From assembly GCF_023055435.1 (NCBI RefSeq), contig NW_025963791.1:25730001-25794000 (forward strand): a stretch of 64,000 nt of DNA, read 5' to 3'. Each line of letters begins with the position of its first letter. Position 1 is the first letter of the stretch. The notes under the pieces are model-generated. The model was not told the DNA's origin and did not search any database. It saw only the letters and a program-made list of their open reading frames with translations. This document shows, piece after piece, positions 1 to 13,065 of the stretch. The stretch is from Haliotis rufescens (Eukaryota). The position numbers were made by a program, and so were the translations under genes.

Positions 1-3000
1 CTTGGGCTGTTTGAAGCTCACCTGGCAAGCTGGAAGAACCTCTGAGGTGCACACTGGCTGTTGTCTTGACGCGCCGAGGAAGCCGCCCATTTTTTCTGAA
101 ATGGGAGAGAGAGTGAATGAAATTGTTCAGCCAAGATGGGGTTTTGCATGGTCAAAGGGATCAGGAGGGGCCTATGCAACAGCCCATGACTGCCTGGGGG
201 GTCCAGGGAGGGGCCACCCCATCATTGTAGACTTAAGACTTTCAGCAGGTTTAAGGGCTCCTATAGCTGCCCTTAAACCTGCTGAAAGTCTTAAGTCTAC
301 ACAAGCTCTTTAAAAAAAGACAGAGAGAAAAAGAATTTTGATTTGATTTTTGACCAGTTTCCTAGGGTGCCTTGGGCTGTTTGAAGCTCACCTGGCAAGC
401 TGGAAGAACCTCTGAGGTGTACACTGGCTGTTGTCTTGACGCGTCGAGGAAGCCGCCCATTTTTTCTGAAATGGGAGAGAGAGTGAATGAAATTGTTCAG
501 CCAAGATGGGGTTTTGCATGGTCAAAGGGATCAGGAGGGGCCTATGCAACAGCCCATGACTGCCTGGGGGGTCCAGGGAGGGGCCACCCCATCATTGTAG
601 ACTTAAGACTTTCAGCAGGTTTAAGGGCTCCTAAAGCTGCCCTTAAACCTGCTGAAAGTCTTAAGTCTACACAAGCTCTTTAAAAAAAGACAGAGAGAAA
701 AAGAATTTTGATTTGATTTTTGACCAGTTTCCTAGGGTGCCTTGGGCTGTTTGAAGCTCACCTGGCAAGCTGGAAGAACCTCTGAGGTGCACACTGGCTG
801 TTGTCTTGACGCGCTGAGGAAGCCGCCCATTTTTTCTGAAATGGGAGAGAGAGTGAATGAAATTGTTCAGCCAAGATGGGGTTTTGCATGGTCAAAGGGA
901 TCAGGAGGGGCCTATGCAACAGCCCATGACTGCCTGGGGGGTCCAGGGAGGGGCCACCCCATCATTGTAGACTTAAGACTTTCAGCAGGTTTAAGGGCTC
1001 CTATAGCTGCCCTTAAACCTGCTGAAAGTCTTAAGTCTACACAAGCTCTTTAAAAAAAGACAGAGAGAAAAAGAATTTTGATTTGATTTTTGACCAGTTT
1101 CCAAGGGTGCCTTGGGCTGTTTGAAGCTCACCTGGCAAGCTGGAAGAACCTCTGAGGTGTACACTGGCTGTTGTCTTGACGCGTCGAGGAAGCCGCCCAT
1201 TTTTTCTGAAATGGGAGAGAGAGTGAATGAAATTGTTCAGCCAAGATGGGGTTTTGCATGGTCAAAGGGATCAGGAGGGGCCTATGCAACAGCCCATGAC
1301 TGCCTGGGGGGTCCAGGGAGGGGCCACCCCATCATTGTAGACTTAAGACTTTCAGCAGGTTTAAGGGCTCCTATAGCTGCCCTTAAACCTGCTGAAAGTC
1401 TTAAGTCTACACAAGCTCTTTAAAAAAAGACAGAGAGAAAAAGAATTTTGATTTGATTTTTGACCAGTTTCCTAGGGTGCCTTGGGCTGTTTGAAGCTCA
1501 CCTGGCAAGCTGGAAGAACCTCTGAGGTGCACACTGGCTGTTGTCTTGACGCGCCGAGGAAGCCGCCCATTTTTTCTGAAATGGGAGAGAGAGTGAATGA
1601 AATTGTTCAGCCAAGATGGGGTTTTGCATGGTCAAAGGGATCAGGAGGGGCCTATGCAACAGCCCATGACTGCCTGGGGGGTCCAGGGAGGGGCCACCCC
1701 ATCATTGTAGACTTAAGACTTTCAGCAGGTTTAAGGGCTCCTATAGCTGCCCTTAAACCTGCTGAAAGTCTTAAGTCTACACAAGCTCTTTAAAAAAAGA
1801 CAGAGAGAAAAAGAATTTTGATTTGATTTTTGACCAGTTTCCTAGGGTGCCTTGGGCTGTTTGAAGCTCACCTGGCAAGCTGGAAGAACCTCTGAGGTGT
1901 ACACTGGCTGTTGTCTTGACGCGTCGAGGAAGCCGCCCATTTTTTCTGAAATGGGAGAGAGAGTGAATGAAATTGTTCAGCCAAGATGGGGTTTTGCATG
2001 GTCAAAGGGATCAGGAGGGTCCTATGCAACAGCCCATGACTGCCTGGGGGGTCCAGGGAGGGGCCACCCCATCATTGTAGACTTAAGACTTTCAGCAGGT
2101 TTAAGGGCTCCTATAGCTGCCCTTAAACCTGCTGAAAGTCTTAAGTCTACACAAGCTCTTTAAAAAAAGACAGAGAGAAAAAGAATTTTGATTTGATTTT
2201 TGACCAGTTTCCTAGGGTGCCTTGGGCTGTTTGAAGCTCACCTGGCAAGCTGGAAGAACCTCTGAGGTGTACACTGGCTGTTGTCTTGACGCGTCGAGGA
2301 AGCCGCCCATTTTTTCTGAAATGGGAGAGAGAGTGAATGAAATTGTTCAGCCAAGATGGGGTTTTGCATGGTCAAAGGGATCAGGAGGGGCCTATGCAAC
2401 AGCCCATGACTGCCTGGGGGGTCCAGGGAGGGGCCACCCCATCATTGTAGACTTAAGACTTTCAGCAGGTTTAAGGGCTCCTATAGCTGCCCTTAAACCT
2501 GCTGAAAGTCTTAAGTCTACACAAGCTCTTTAAAAAAAGACAGAGAGAAAAAGAATTTTGATTTGATTTTTGACCAGTTTCCTAGGGTGCCTTGGGCTGT
2601 TTGAAGCTCACCTGGCAAGCTGGAAGAACCTCTGAGGTGCACACTGGCTGTTGTCTTGACGCGTCGAGGAAGCCGCCCATTTTTTCTGAAATGGGAGAGA
2701 GAGTGAATGAAATTGTTCAGCCAAGATGGGGTTTTGCATGGTCAAAGGGATCAGGAGGGGCCTATGCAACAGCCCATGACTGCCTGGGGGGTCCAGGGAG
2801 GGGCCACCCCATCATTGTAGACTTAAGACTTTCAGCAGGTTTAAGGGCTCCTATAGCTGCCCTTAAACCTGCTGAAAGTCTTAAGTCTACACAAGCTCTT
2901 TAAAAAAAGACAGAGAGAAAAAGAATTTTGATTTGATTTTTGACCAGTTTCCTAGGGTGCCTTGGGCTGTTTGAAGCTCACCTGGCAAGCTGGAAGAACC

Positions 3001-6000
3001 TCTGAGGTGCACACTGGCTGTTGTCTTGACGCGTCGAGGAAGCCGCCCATTTTTTCTGAAATGGGAGAGAGAGTGAATGAAATTGTTCAGCCAAGATGGG
3101 GTTTTGCATGGTCAAAGGGATCAGGAGGGGCCTATGCAACAGCCCATGACTGCCTGGGGGGTCCAGGGAGGGGCCACCCCATCATTGTAGACTTAAGACT
3201 TTCAGCAGGTTTAAGGGCTCCTATAGCTGCCCTTAAACCTGCTGAAAGTCTTAAGTCTACACAAGCTCTTTAAAAAAAGACAGAGAGAAAAAGAATTTTG
3301 ATTTGATTTTTGACCAGTTTCCTAGGGTGCCTTGGGCTGTTTGAAGCTCACCTGGCAAGCTGGAAGAACCTCTGAGGTGCACACTGGCTGTTGTCTTGAC
3401 GCGCCGAGGAAGCCGCCCATTTTTTCTGAAATGGGAGAGAGAGTGAATGAAATTGTTCAGCCAAGATGGGGTTTTGCATGGTCAAAGGGATCAGGAGGGG
3501 CCTATGCAACAGCCCATGACTGCCTGGGGGGTCCAGGGAGGGGCCACCCCATCATTGTAGACTTAAGACTTTCAGCAGGTTTAAGGGCTCCTATAGCTGC
3601 CCTTAAACCTGCTGAAAGTCTTAAGTCTACACAAGCTCTTTAAAAAAAGACAGAGAGAAAAAGAATTTTGATTTGATTTTTGACCAGTTTCCTAGGGTGC
3701 CTTGGGCTGTTTGAAGCTCACCTGGCAAGCTGGAAGAACCTCTGAGGTGTACACTGGCTGTTGTCTTGACGCGTCGAGGAAGCCGCCCATTTTTTCTGAA
3801 ATGGGAGAGAGAGTGAATGAAATTGTTCAGCCAAGATGGGGTTTTGCATGGTCAAAGGGATCAGGAGGGGCCTATGCAACAGCCCATGACTGCCTGGGGG
3901 GTCCAGGGAGGGGCCACCCCATCATTGTAGACTTAAGACTTTCAGCAGGTTTAAGGGCTCCTAAAGCTGCCCTTAAACCTGCTGAAAGTCTTAAGTCTAC
4001 ACAAGCTCTTTAAAAAAAGACAGAGAGAAAAAGAATTTTGATTTGATTTTTGACCAGTTTCCTAGGGTGCCTTGGGCTGTTTGAAGCTCACCTGGCAAGC
4101 TGGAAGAACCTCTGAGGTGTACACTGGCTGTTGTCTTGACGCGTCGAGGAAGCCGCCCATTTTTTCTGAAATGGGAGAGAGAGTGAATGAAATTGTTCAG
4201 CCAAGATGGGGTTTTGCATGGTCAAAGGGATCAGGAGGGGCCTATGCAACAGCCCATGACTGCCTGGGGGGTCCAGGGAGGGGCCACCCCATCATTGTAG
4301 ACTTAAGACTTTCAGCAGGTTTAAGGGCTCCTATAGCTGCCCTTAAACCTGCTGAAAGTCTTAAGTCTATACAAGCTCTTTAAAAAAAGACAGAGAGAAA
4401 AAGAATTTTGATTTGATTTTTGACCAGTTTCCTAGGGTGCCTTGGGCTGTTTGAAGCTCACCTGGCAAGCTGGAAGAACCTCTGAGGTGCACACTGGCTG
4501 TTGTCTTGACGCGCTGAGGAAGCCGCCCATTTTTTCTGAAATGGGAGAGAGAGTGAATGAAATTGTTCAGCCAAGATGGGGTTTTGCATGGTCAAAGGGA
4601 TCAGGAGGGGCCTATGCAACAGCCCATGACTGCCTGGGGGGTCCAGGGAGGGGCCACCCCATCATTGTAGACTTAAGACTTTCAGCAGGTTTAAGGGCTC
4701 CTATAGCTGCCCTTAAACCTGCTGAAAGTCTTAAGTCTACACAAGCTCTTTAAAAAAAGACAGAGAGAAAAAGAATTTTGATTTGATTTTTGACCAGTTT
4801 CCTAGGGTGCCTTGGGCTGTTTGAAGCTCACCTGGCAAGCTGGAAGAACCTCTGAGGTGTACACTGGCTGTTGTCTTGACGCGTCGAGGAAGCCGCCCAT
4901 TTTTTCTGAAATGGGAGAGAGGGTGAATGAAATTGTTCAGCCAAGATGGGGTTTTGCATGGTCAAAGGGATCAGGAGGGGCCTATGCAACAGCCCATGAC
5001 TGCCTGGGGGGTCCAGGGAGGGGCCACCCCATCATTGTAGACTTAAGACTTTCAGCAGGTTTAAGGGCTCCTATAGCTGCCCTTAAACCTGCTGAAAGTC
5101 TTAAGTCTACACAAGCTCTTTAAAAAAAGACAGAGAGAAAAAGAATTTTGATTTGATTTTTGACCAGTTTCCTAGGGTGCCTTGGGCTGTTTGAAGCTCA
5201 CCTGGCAAGCTGGAAGAACCTCTGAGGTGCACACTGGCTGTTGTCTTGACGCGCCGAGGAAGCCGCCCATTTTTTCTGAAATGGGAGAGAGAGTGAATGA
5301 AATTGTTCAGCCAAGATGGGGTTTTGCATGGTCAAAGGGATCAGGAGGGGCCTATGCAACAGCCCATGACTGCCTGGGGGGTCCAGAGAGGGGCCACCCC
5401 ATTATTGTAGACTTAAGACTTTCAGCAGGTTTAAGGGCTCCTATAGCTGCCCTTAAACCTGCTGAAAGTCTTAAGTCTACACAAGCTCTTTAAAAAAAGA
5501 CAGAGAGAAAAAGAATTTTGATTTGATTTTTGACCAGTTTCCTAGGGTGCCTTGGGCTGTTTGAAGCTCACCTGGCAAGCTGGAAGAACCTCTGAGGTGC
5601 ACACTGGCTGTTGTCTTGACGCGTCGAGGAAGCCGCCCATTTTTTCTGAAATGGGAGAGAGAGTGAATGAAATTGTTCAGCCAAGATGGGGTTTTGCATG
5701 GTCAAAGGGATCAGGAGGGGCCTATGCAACAGCCCATGACTGCCTGGGGGGTCCAGGGAGGGGCCACCCCATCATTGTAGACTTAAGACTTTCAGCAGGT
5801 TTAAGGGCTCCTATAGCTGCCCTTAAACCTGCTGAAAGTCTTAAGTCTACACAAGCTCTTTAAAAAAAGACAGAGAGAAAAAGAATTTTGATTTGATTTT
5901 TGACCAGTTTCCTAGGGTGCCTTGGGCTGTTTGAAGCTCACCTGGCAAGCTGGAAGAACCTCTGAGGTGTACACTGGCTGTTGTCTTGACGCGTCGAGGA

Positions 6001-7262
6001 AGCCGCCCATTTTTTCTGAAATGGGAGAGAGAGTGAATGAAATTGTTCAGCCAAGATGGGGTTTTGCATGGTCAAAGGGATCAGGAGGGGCCTATGCAAC
6101 AGCCCATGACTGCCTGGGGGGTCCAGGGAGGGGCCACCCCATCATTGTAGACTTAAGACTTTCAGCAGGTTTAAGGGCTCCTATAGCTGCCCTTAAACCT
6201 GCTGAAAGTCTTAAGTATACACAAGCTCTTTAAAAAAAGACAGAGAGAAAAAGAATTTTGATTTGATTTTTGACCAGTTTCCTAGGGTGCCTTGGGCTGT
6301 TTGAAGCTCACCTGGCAAGCTGGAAGAACCTCTGAGGTGCACACTGGCTGTTGTCTTGACGCGTCGAGGAAGCCGCCCATTTTTTCTGAAATGGGAGAGA
6401 GAGTGAATGAAATTGTTCAGCCAAGATGGGGTTTTGCATGGTCAAAGGGATCAGGAGGGGCCTATGCAACAGCCCATGACTGCCTGGGGGGTCCAGGGAG
6501 GGGCCACCCCATCATTGTAGACTTAAGACTTTCAGCAGGTTTAAGGGCTCCTAAAGCTGCCCTTAAACCTGCTGAAAGTCTTAAGTCTACACAAGCTCTT
6601 TAAAAAAAGACAGAGAGAAAAAGAATTTTGATTTGATTTTTGACCAGTTTCCTAGGGTGCCTTGGGCTGTTTGAAGCTCACCTGGCAAGCTGGAAGAACC
6701 TCTGAGGTGCACACTGGCTGTTGTCTTGACGCGCCGAGGAAGCCGCCCATTTTTTCTGAAATGGGAGAGAGAGTGAATGAAATTGTTCAGCCAAGATGGG
6801 GTTTTGCATGGTCAAAGGGATCAGGAGGGGCCTATGCAACAGCCCATGACTGCCTGGGGGGTCCAGGGAGGGGCCACCCCATCATTGTAGACTTAAGACT
6901 TTCAGCAGGTTTAAGGGCTCCTATAGCTGCCCTTAAACCTGCTGAAAGTCTTAAGTCTACACAAGCTCTTTAAAAAAAGACAGAGAGAAAAAGAATTTTG
7001 ATTTGATTTTTGACCAGTTTCCTAGGGTGCCTTGGGCTGTTTGAAGCTCACCTGGCAAGCTGGAAGAACCTCTGAGGTGCACACTGGCTGTTGTCTTGAC
7101 GCGCCGAGGAAGCCGCCCATTTTTTCTGAAATGGGAGAGAGAGTGAATGAAATTGTTCAGCCAAGATGGGGTTTTGCATGGTCAAAGGGATCAGGAGGGG
7201 CCTATGCAACAGCCCATGACTGCCTGGGGGGGTCCAGGGAGGGGCCACCCCATCATTGTAGA
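1..7262. repeat. 370-bp tandem satellite, ~19.6 near-identical monomers, running off the left edge of the window
   Basis: Exact 370-bp period (ORF starts 2, 372, 742 ... 7032) with only a few substitutions between monomers. Each monomer has a perfect 33-bp inverted repeat (first copy 226-258 / 269-301) around a 10-bp spacer TCCTATAGCT. Confidence 0.99.
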
Positions 7263-8665
7263 CTTTAGACCTTCTGTAGCTTCAAGGGTTTCTGTTGATA
7301 CGCCAAGGAAGCCACCATTTTTTCTCTGAAATGGGAGAGAGAGTGAATGTCATAATAACAATTTACATGAAAAAATTGCACCTTTACAAAAATAGTAGTC
7401 TTGACTGGGACTAAACTTATGTCAAAGCATTTCAAGTTACTTGAGACTTCTGCAATGATTAATACCAACAAATCTGTTTTTATTTCTGATGAAACTGTCA
7501 GATCATGATCAATGCGGTTATGTCTATTTTACCTGGGTTTTTTTAATTTCATGTTGTTCATACTTTTCGACAGATCTTCCATCTTGAGTAACATTAAACT
7601 GCATGTGCTCATATCTAATTAGATCCAATTAGATGCTCATCTATTATTATCTGGAATAATGGAAAATATCATCACTGATCATGTATTATATCTAATTTTA
7701 TTATTTGCCAAATGGTTATTCATAGATGTATATTGAATTTGAAAAATAAATTCCAAACAGATTTTATACAAATAGGGCATCATATCATATATTCTTTTGT
7801 TTGGAGATTAAAGTTGTGTCACTTTAATACATGGAATTGAATTTCATACTTTTTACTTCATTTTCTGTTCAGAATCTGTTCATATGGTTATTTTTATCCA
7901 GAAAGAAGATTGCACATTCCTGAACCTCTGTCTCTCAGACACATTAGAATAAATGGAGAAAGGCAGCCAACTCAAGTCTAGAATGATTTGGCAAGTCCTA
8001 ATTGCCTGAGCCATGGGCCTGATTAATAAACATTGTTCTAGGCACCATTTGGATTTTATTTTATATATTTATATCACAAGCATGATAACTCTTTTTCTGG
8101 GACACCATGTGAATCTACTCCCTGGAATCTTTTCAGGGTTTCGGAAATAAAAAATATATAGTTGCATCTTGTAGTTGACCAACTTTTGCCACACGCAGAG
8201 ATTGCTTTGCTCTTGAATATAGCAGAGATTGCTTTGCTCTTGAATATAACAAGTAGAGAAAGGTATATTGTATAAGTATGGAGCATGATGACAAGAGGTT
8301 TTTAATGTGTTGGATCTGCGAGTAATAGCAAAGACATGTCAATGTTTCGATGAGGGCTAATGTACACCACCGAATGTTTCGGAGTGAGGCGAGTTGGGTT
8401 GACTCTGTAATTCTCGGAACTTTCGATCTGTCCGAAGTCGAGGCTCGCAAATATAGTCCAGCACAATATTCAAAGACACATAAACTACATGTTATATACC
8501 TGATGTAGACATTGTGAGGGAAACATCGTATCGCGCAATGACAGCCGAGACAGCGATGCGTTCGTTAGACATCAACAGCTTTGAGGAAGATAGTGTCACG
8601 TGCATACACAAGCCACGCCCACTCATGAATATTGTAGACTTAAGACCATTGTAGGTTTAAGGGCA
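6928..8665. mobile_element. Putative ~1.7-kb non-autonomous TIR DNA element whose left end is the satellite monomer
   Basis: Left end TGCCCTTAAACCTGCTGAAAGTCTTAAGTCTACA (6928) is the near-inverse of TGTAGACTTAAGACCATTGTAGGTTTAAGGGCA (8633-8665). A degenerate internal copy lies at ~7257-7290. No TSD or transposase recognised. Confidence 0.6.
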
Positions 8666-8799
8666 CAACAGACGTGCACTAGGGGAGAAAGGTCGAGACC
8701 TTTGGCTGGTCTTTGCCTTTTTAGGGTTGTTCTGCTGCTGGAGGTCAGTTACGATACGTTAGCATCTTGAGAGACATGGCGCCCGTATGTTTTCTCGGT

Positions 8800-9257
8800 T
8801 GTACTGTCCAGTGACCCTCCATGGACAATATGGACGCCTCCAGATACGTCCACGCTTATCCAGACAGTCCATCGGGAGAGTCTGGACTCATCTGAAAACA
8901 TCACAAGAGACCATCGGCGATTCCCCCAGTTTCTAAGCTCTAAAACACCATTTGTTTACACGTGGCCGCCGAGAATGCAGATTACATGGATTGGCTCATG
9001 CATGCATACGCTTTCTATAATTCTAATCGTTTGTTCACCATTTGGAACTCGGCTGGCCTGGCGCAAGTGAACAGTTCGATTTCTTAAAGCCTGTTTCTGA
9101 TTCGTCGATCCTGGACTTTAACATTTTGTGTCTCCAGAAACATGTTCCCGCAAATCACAGACAGAGACACATTGAACACGGCTAAATCTCGTTGTGTTCT
9201 GCCAGTTAGAAGCATTCCAAAAGCCCTCAGGCGTTCATCACGTTGTAGACGACGCAT
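8800..9257 (-). mobile_element. Decayed Tc1/mariner transposase fragment
   Basis: N-terminal HTH-like MRRLQRDERLRAFGMLLTGRTQRD, and downstream RRWSLVMFSDESR...RGRIWRRP (Tc1 first catalytic D motif), with frameshifts. Confidence 0.85.
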
Positions 9258-9284
9258 TCCCAATCTGATCACACACGCATTAAA

Positions 9285-9507
9285 GTAGACTTGAAATGAA
9301 ATTGCGTTTAACGTTGTCGTCCAAGATTATTGCACTTATATAGCGACTTGCATGCACGCGTGAATGTGTTTCTGCTTGTACACTTAATGCCGAGCGCCAG
9401 ACAGGGTAACAACAAGTACCATCTTTTGGTATGACGCGGCCTGGGATCGAACCAAGGACCTTCCGCTGTCTGGGCGGACGCACTACCACAAGACCATGGA
9501 GGCGGTC
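9285..9507 (-). mobile_element. tRNA-head SINE, family A (Meta/MESC-like body), internally deleted
   Basis: Matches the full copy at 59600-59940: box B GGTTCGATCCC, body GTCATACCAAAAGATGGTACTTG, tail GACAACGTTAAAC. Confidence 0.85.
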
Positions 9508-11254
9508 ACAAGAGCTTATACGTGTTACTGTGGATAGTGAAACAAACAGAACAATATTTATGGCTCAGTGTGATCTGGCGACCTTCAATTGATGTGTGAA
9601 AATCTAGAATGACCCCAGTATCAATGAACACGCAGGGGTTGCATTCTCCATGGCAATGTTTCAGGTATGTTGGGTTTTGGTTCCAAAAAAGTTCTAACTC
9701 TGGCAGTCATTTTTCAAGGCGCATCTTTCTCCTGACGACCGATCGTTATTTTATTATTTCACGAGCCCTACTTATTTTGGAGAGTATATGACACTTATAA
9801 TCCGACAAATACGACTGTTAAGAAGTGCTAACCAAAACGAAAACTGAATATGGTTGATTTATATATGCACCAATGTAATTTAAAATGTTTCGGTGAAAAA
9901 CAAACATTAATGGTCAAAGGGCAATAACTCTGACATTTGACAGGAAGAATGATCTCCCTTTGACCGTTAGCGATTCTGGTTACACGTTGTTAGCCATAGC
10001 AATCGGAGGCAAACGTTGTAGATAAGAGGGGAAGCTTCGGATTGTGTAACACATATTATTTGTTTGTTACTTGTTTAACGCCGCACTCCACAATATTCCA
10101 ACTATATGAGGGCCTGTAAATAATCGAGTGATTGACATTATGAGTAAATACACGCAATCAACGAAGTCACCAAGCCTGACCACCCGGTCACCTCCTAAAA
10201 TATATTTTGCGACAAGGGGACCAACACAATAGTCTCACCGGGAATCCCCTCGGGGCAGCACATGATAGGGAGTAGCACGCGTCTAATACAGGGAGTAATG
10301 GTTGTCGTTTCTCCAACAGGACTACACAATTGGCATAGCTAACTCCCCTGCAGGGTACTTCTGGCACGATGCATTTTTTCTGGGGGAAATTGGTGCCGAT
10401 TTTCAACCAAAAAAATTGTTTTTCGCGGCTTCGGCGCCATAACTTCTACACCACAAGACCTCGTTATTATTAGTCAGAGAGAGTAATATACGGTCCCGGT
10501 ACAGTATTAGATTGACAAGTAGTCACACTACTAGCAGCATTTGTGTATGACGTCATTTGTATAATATCATGTGTATGACGTCACAACTTTCGGGTGTTCC
10601 GCCATCTTGCCTAGTGAGTAAAGTATGTCCACCAAACACTCACTGTTTGTGGTATATTAATAGAACCCCAAGATTCATGTCTTTGTCTAAGACAGACATG
10701 AAGACCTAAACATTAGAGGTCACTTTACTTTCACTGTCCAGGGATCGTACATTACACAAACTGACCGATAACGAGTTCATGTGCTGAATGTAGGTAATAT
10801 ATGGCCCCCTTTACACACAACCCAGACAGCGAATGCGACTTCTCCTAGGAAACGCTGCCTAGTCAAACCCAAACAGAACTTTTCGGAGAATGTGAAGACT
10901 CCCCAACACCGCAGCCTTCTGCATTACCCAGATTGTCAGAAGGGCTGTATTCCTGACAACAAACCCGACCAGGTTTGTTCACCTTGATAGGCTTGAGGCT
11001 GTGTAAGGGCCTATTCCAATGAATTTTGTATTAATAATTTTCGATAATATATCTACATATTGTGGGTCGTACCATGGATGGACATCTGTGGCGAAGAGGG
11101 TAATAAAATGATCAAGCCACTCCATCATGTCGCTTAAGATACTGTGTTTTTTGCCAAAGCTTGGCATCCACTGACAATGTGTTAGACAGTTTCAATAAAT
11201 TCATTGCAAAATCTACATTTCATATTTACATTTCGATGCAAAATCACTCATTGA

Positions 11255-12116
11255 CGGTTTCGGGTGTGAACTGACTGGTCCTAAGCAGCAATCAGAAAGC
11301 CTTCGGTTTCACTTCTCAGGCCAGCCGACATCCTCCATGCGAAGGACTCCCCAGGGTTGCCTGTCTTCTCTACACACTGCACATAAATGCGATGCAGTGG
11401 TCTTTCAGATAGCCTCTCCCTGAAAAACTGAGTCTGGGTCGATTTGATCTGGCACTTCGCTTGGTTGACACTCATTTCTGTACCGTCCAGCAACAACAAC
11501 AAAATCAACATTGACATTGGGATTATGTCCCACATCCTTGGTTCGTTTAAGAAAACTGTGGAATGTCTTTACATTCTTCATAAGAGGATCAACAGACAAA
11601 TAAATGTGTGCAAAAGTGCACAGTACAATTCTATCATGAAGAGCCTCCACGTTAATCAAACCACGCCCTCCCATTATAATTGGTAAGTATAAGCCATTGA
11701 GGGAAGAGCGGGGGTGGTGGGATCTATTGTCTGACATGATTCTTCGTGTGAGGGTGTCAATACCCTGAATTTCTTGTTTCGTCCAATCAACGAAAAACAC
11801 CAAAAGAATACGAAAGGACGGATACAGCATAAGTATTTGTGACTTTGACTTTATTGCGAGCGTTCCGCTCTGAAGGTTTTCCTTGATATGGGCATTCTGG
11901 AGTTTGTTCCTATCCTGCATCCCACAGTATAGGCCTGACCTTCCACGAGATGGTCAATAACTCCTCCCCCAAGTAATTTGAGTAATACGTTGCCACGTTT
12001 CAGATGAAGATTGTTGCATTTGTCGAGTCCAAAGGACAATATCATTAGACGTGACCCGACAATGAGAATCTGTTTTTCAGTGTGGATCCTCCATTGGCAA
12101 TAAGTTCAAGGTCACC
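11255..12116 (-). mobile_element. Decayed non-LTR retrotransposon RT/thumb region, R4/Dong-like
   Basis: Frameshifted motifs FGLDKC, WTKQEIQGIDTLTRRIM, LYLP..GGRGL, PLH.IY and SETEGFLIAA, typical of R4-clade ORFs. Confidence 0.8.
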
Positions 12117-12117
12117 C

Positions 12118-12155
<38 letters not shown>
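12118..12155. repeat. (TTA)n microsatellite abutting the LINE relic
   Basis: ~12 TTA units read directly. Confidence 0.95.
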
Positions 12156-13065
12156 TATGTTTATGAAATTAAGACATCTGTTTGATGGACTGTTTACGTT
12201 CATTCACAAAGTACATTATCTGCAGCGGACGTAAACGGAAAAATTGGGACCCGACATTGGAGCCAATGTAGCCTCGATTTCATTTATCATGTTTACATGT
12301 CTAACATCGCTACAGTGTTCAGTCCTTAAAACGAAACCTTTAACATGGGATAAACAAAACCAACGCCTCGAAATTGAACTACGGTGAACTTTCATTCTTG
12401 TTAAAAATCTTGGCAGATATATATTAACTTATATGATCATCAGACCTGTAGCAAGGCTAATTTAATTGCTCTTATCAGAGGCAGTATTTTAAACGATATA
12501 TTATCACTGACCTACGTAAGCTCGATCAGCAGTGATACACTATAACTGCGTCAGCAATAAGTGTAAATTGAGCGAATTGCAAATGCGTCATTTACCTCGA
12601 GGCGAGACCCGCGAGTCTGGACCTGCATGTTCTATTTTCGAGACTGGCTTCTATTATGTTTCATTTGCTTGTTCCACGAAAAGTCCATTAATTATTTTAC
12701 AAATTCGTAGCCAGACCAATTCATTTTCCTGTTTTTACGAATTTCATGGTCAATATTGCCAAGAGACAGGATGTAAAAAAATGTTTTTTTTAAAGAATTA
12801 AGGTTCATGTACAACCAACAAAAAAACTATTTTATATGTTGAGTATAGGCTCAACCTTAAAACCCGAAGGTAACTTGTCCTAGCCTCACGGTATGGGTGG
12901 CTACACACGACACACATGCTTGTACATTCATGATCATTGCGAACATCACGAAAACAGATTGCAAACTAGTTTGTGAAGTTAGACATACTGTTGGCTAAAA
13001 ATATAATCGGTATAAGCGCTATTGTTTCAATGAATGATTCAGCCTTTGTTGAATTTACAAATGAT

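Noticed and set aside
1-7262. CRISPR array, or 5S/snRNA/histone tandem unit
   Set aside because: The sequence between the palindromes is identical, so there are no unique spacers, and no cas genes are present. No 5S, U-snRNA, SL-RNA or histone similarity was recognised.
2-7268. Twenty 103-aa ORFs as a tandem gene array
   Set aside because: TTG starts, no room for promoter or poly(A) signals, the ORF runs through the palindrome, and most variants are non-synonymous. This is a by-product of the satellite.
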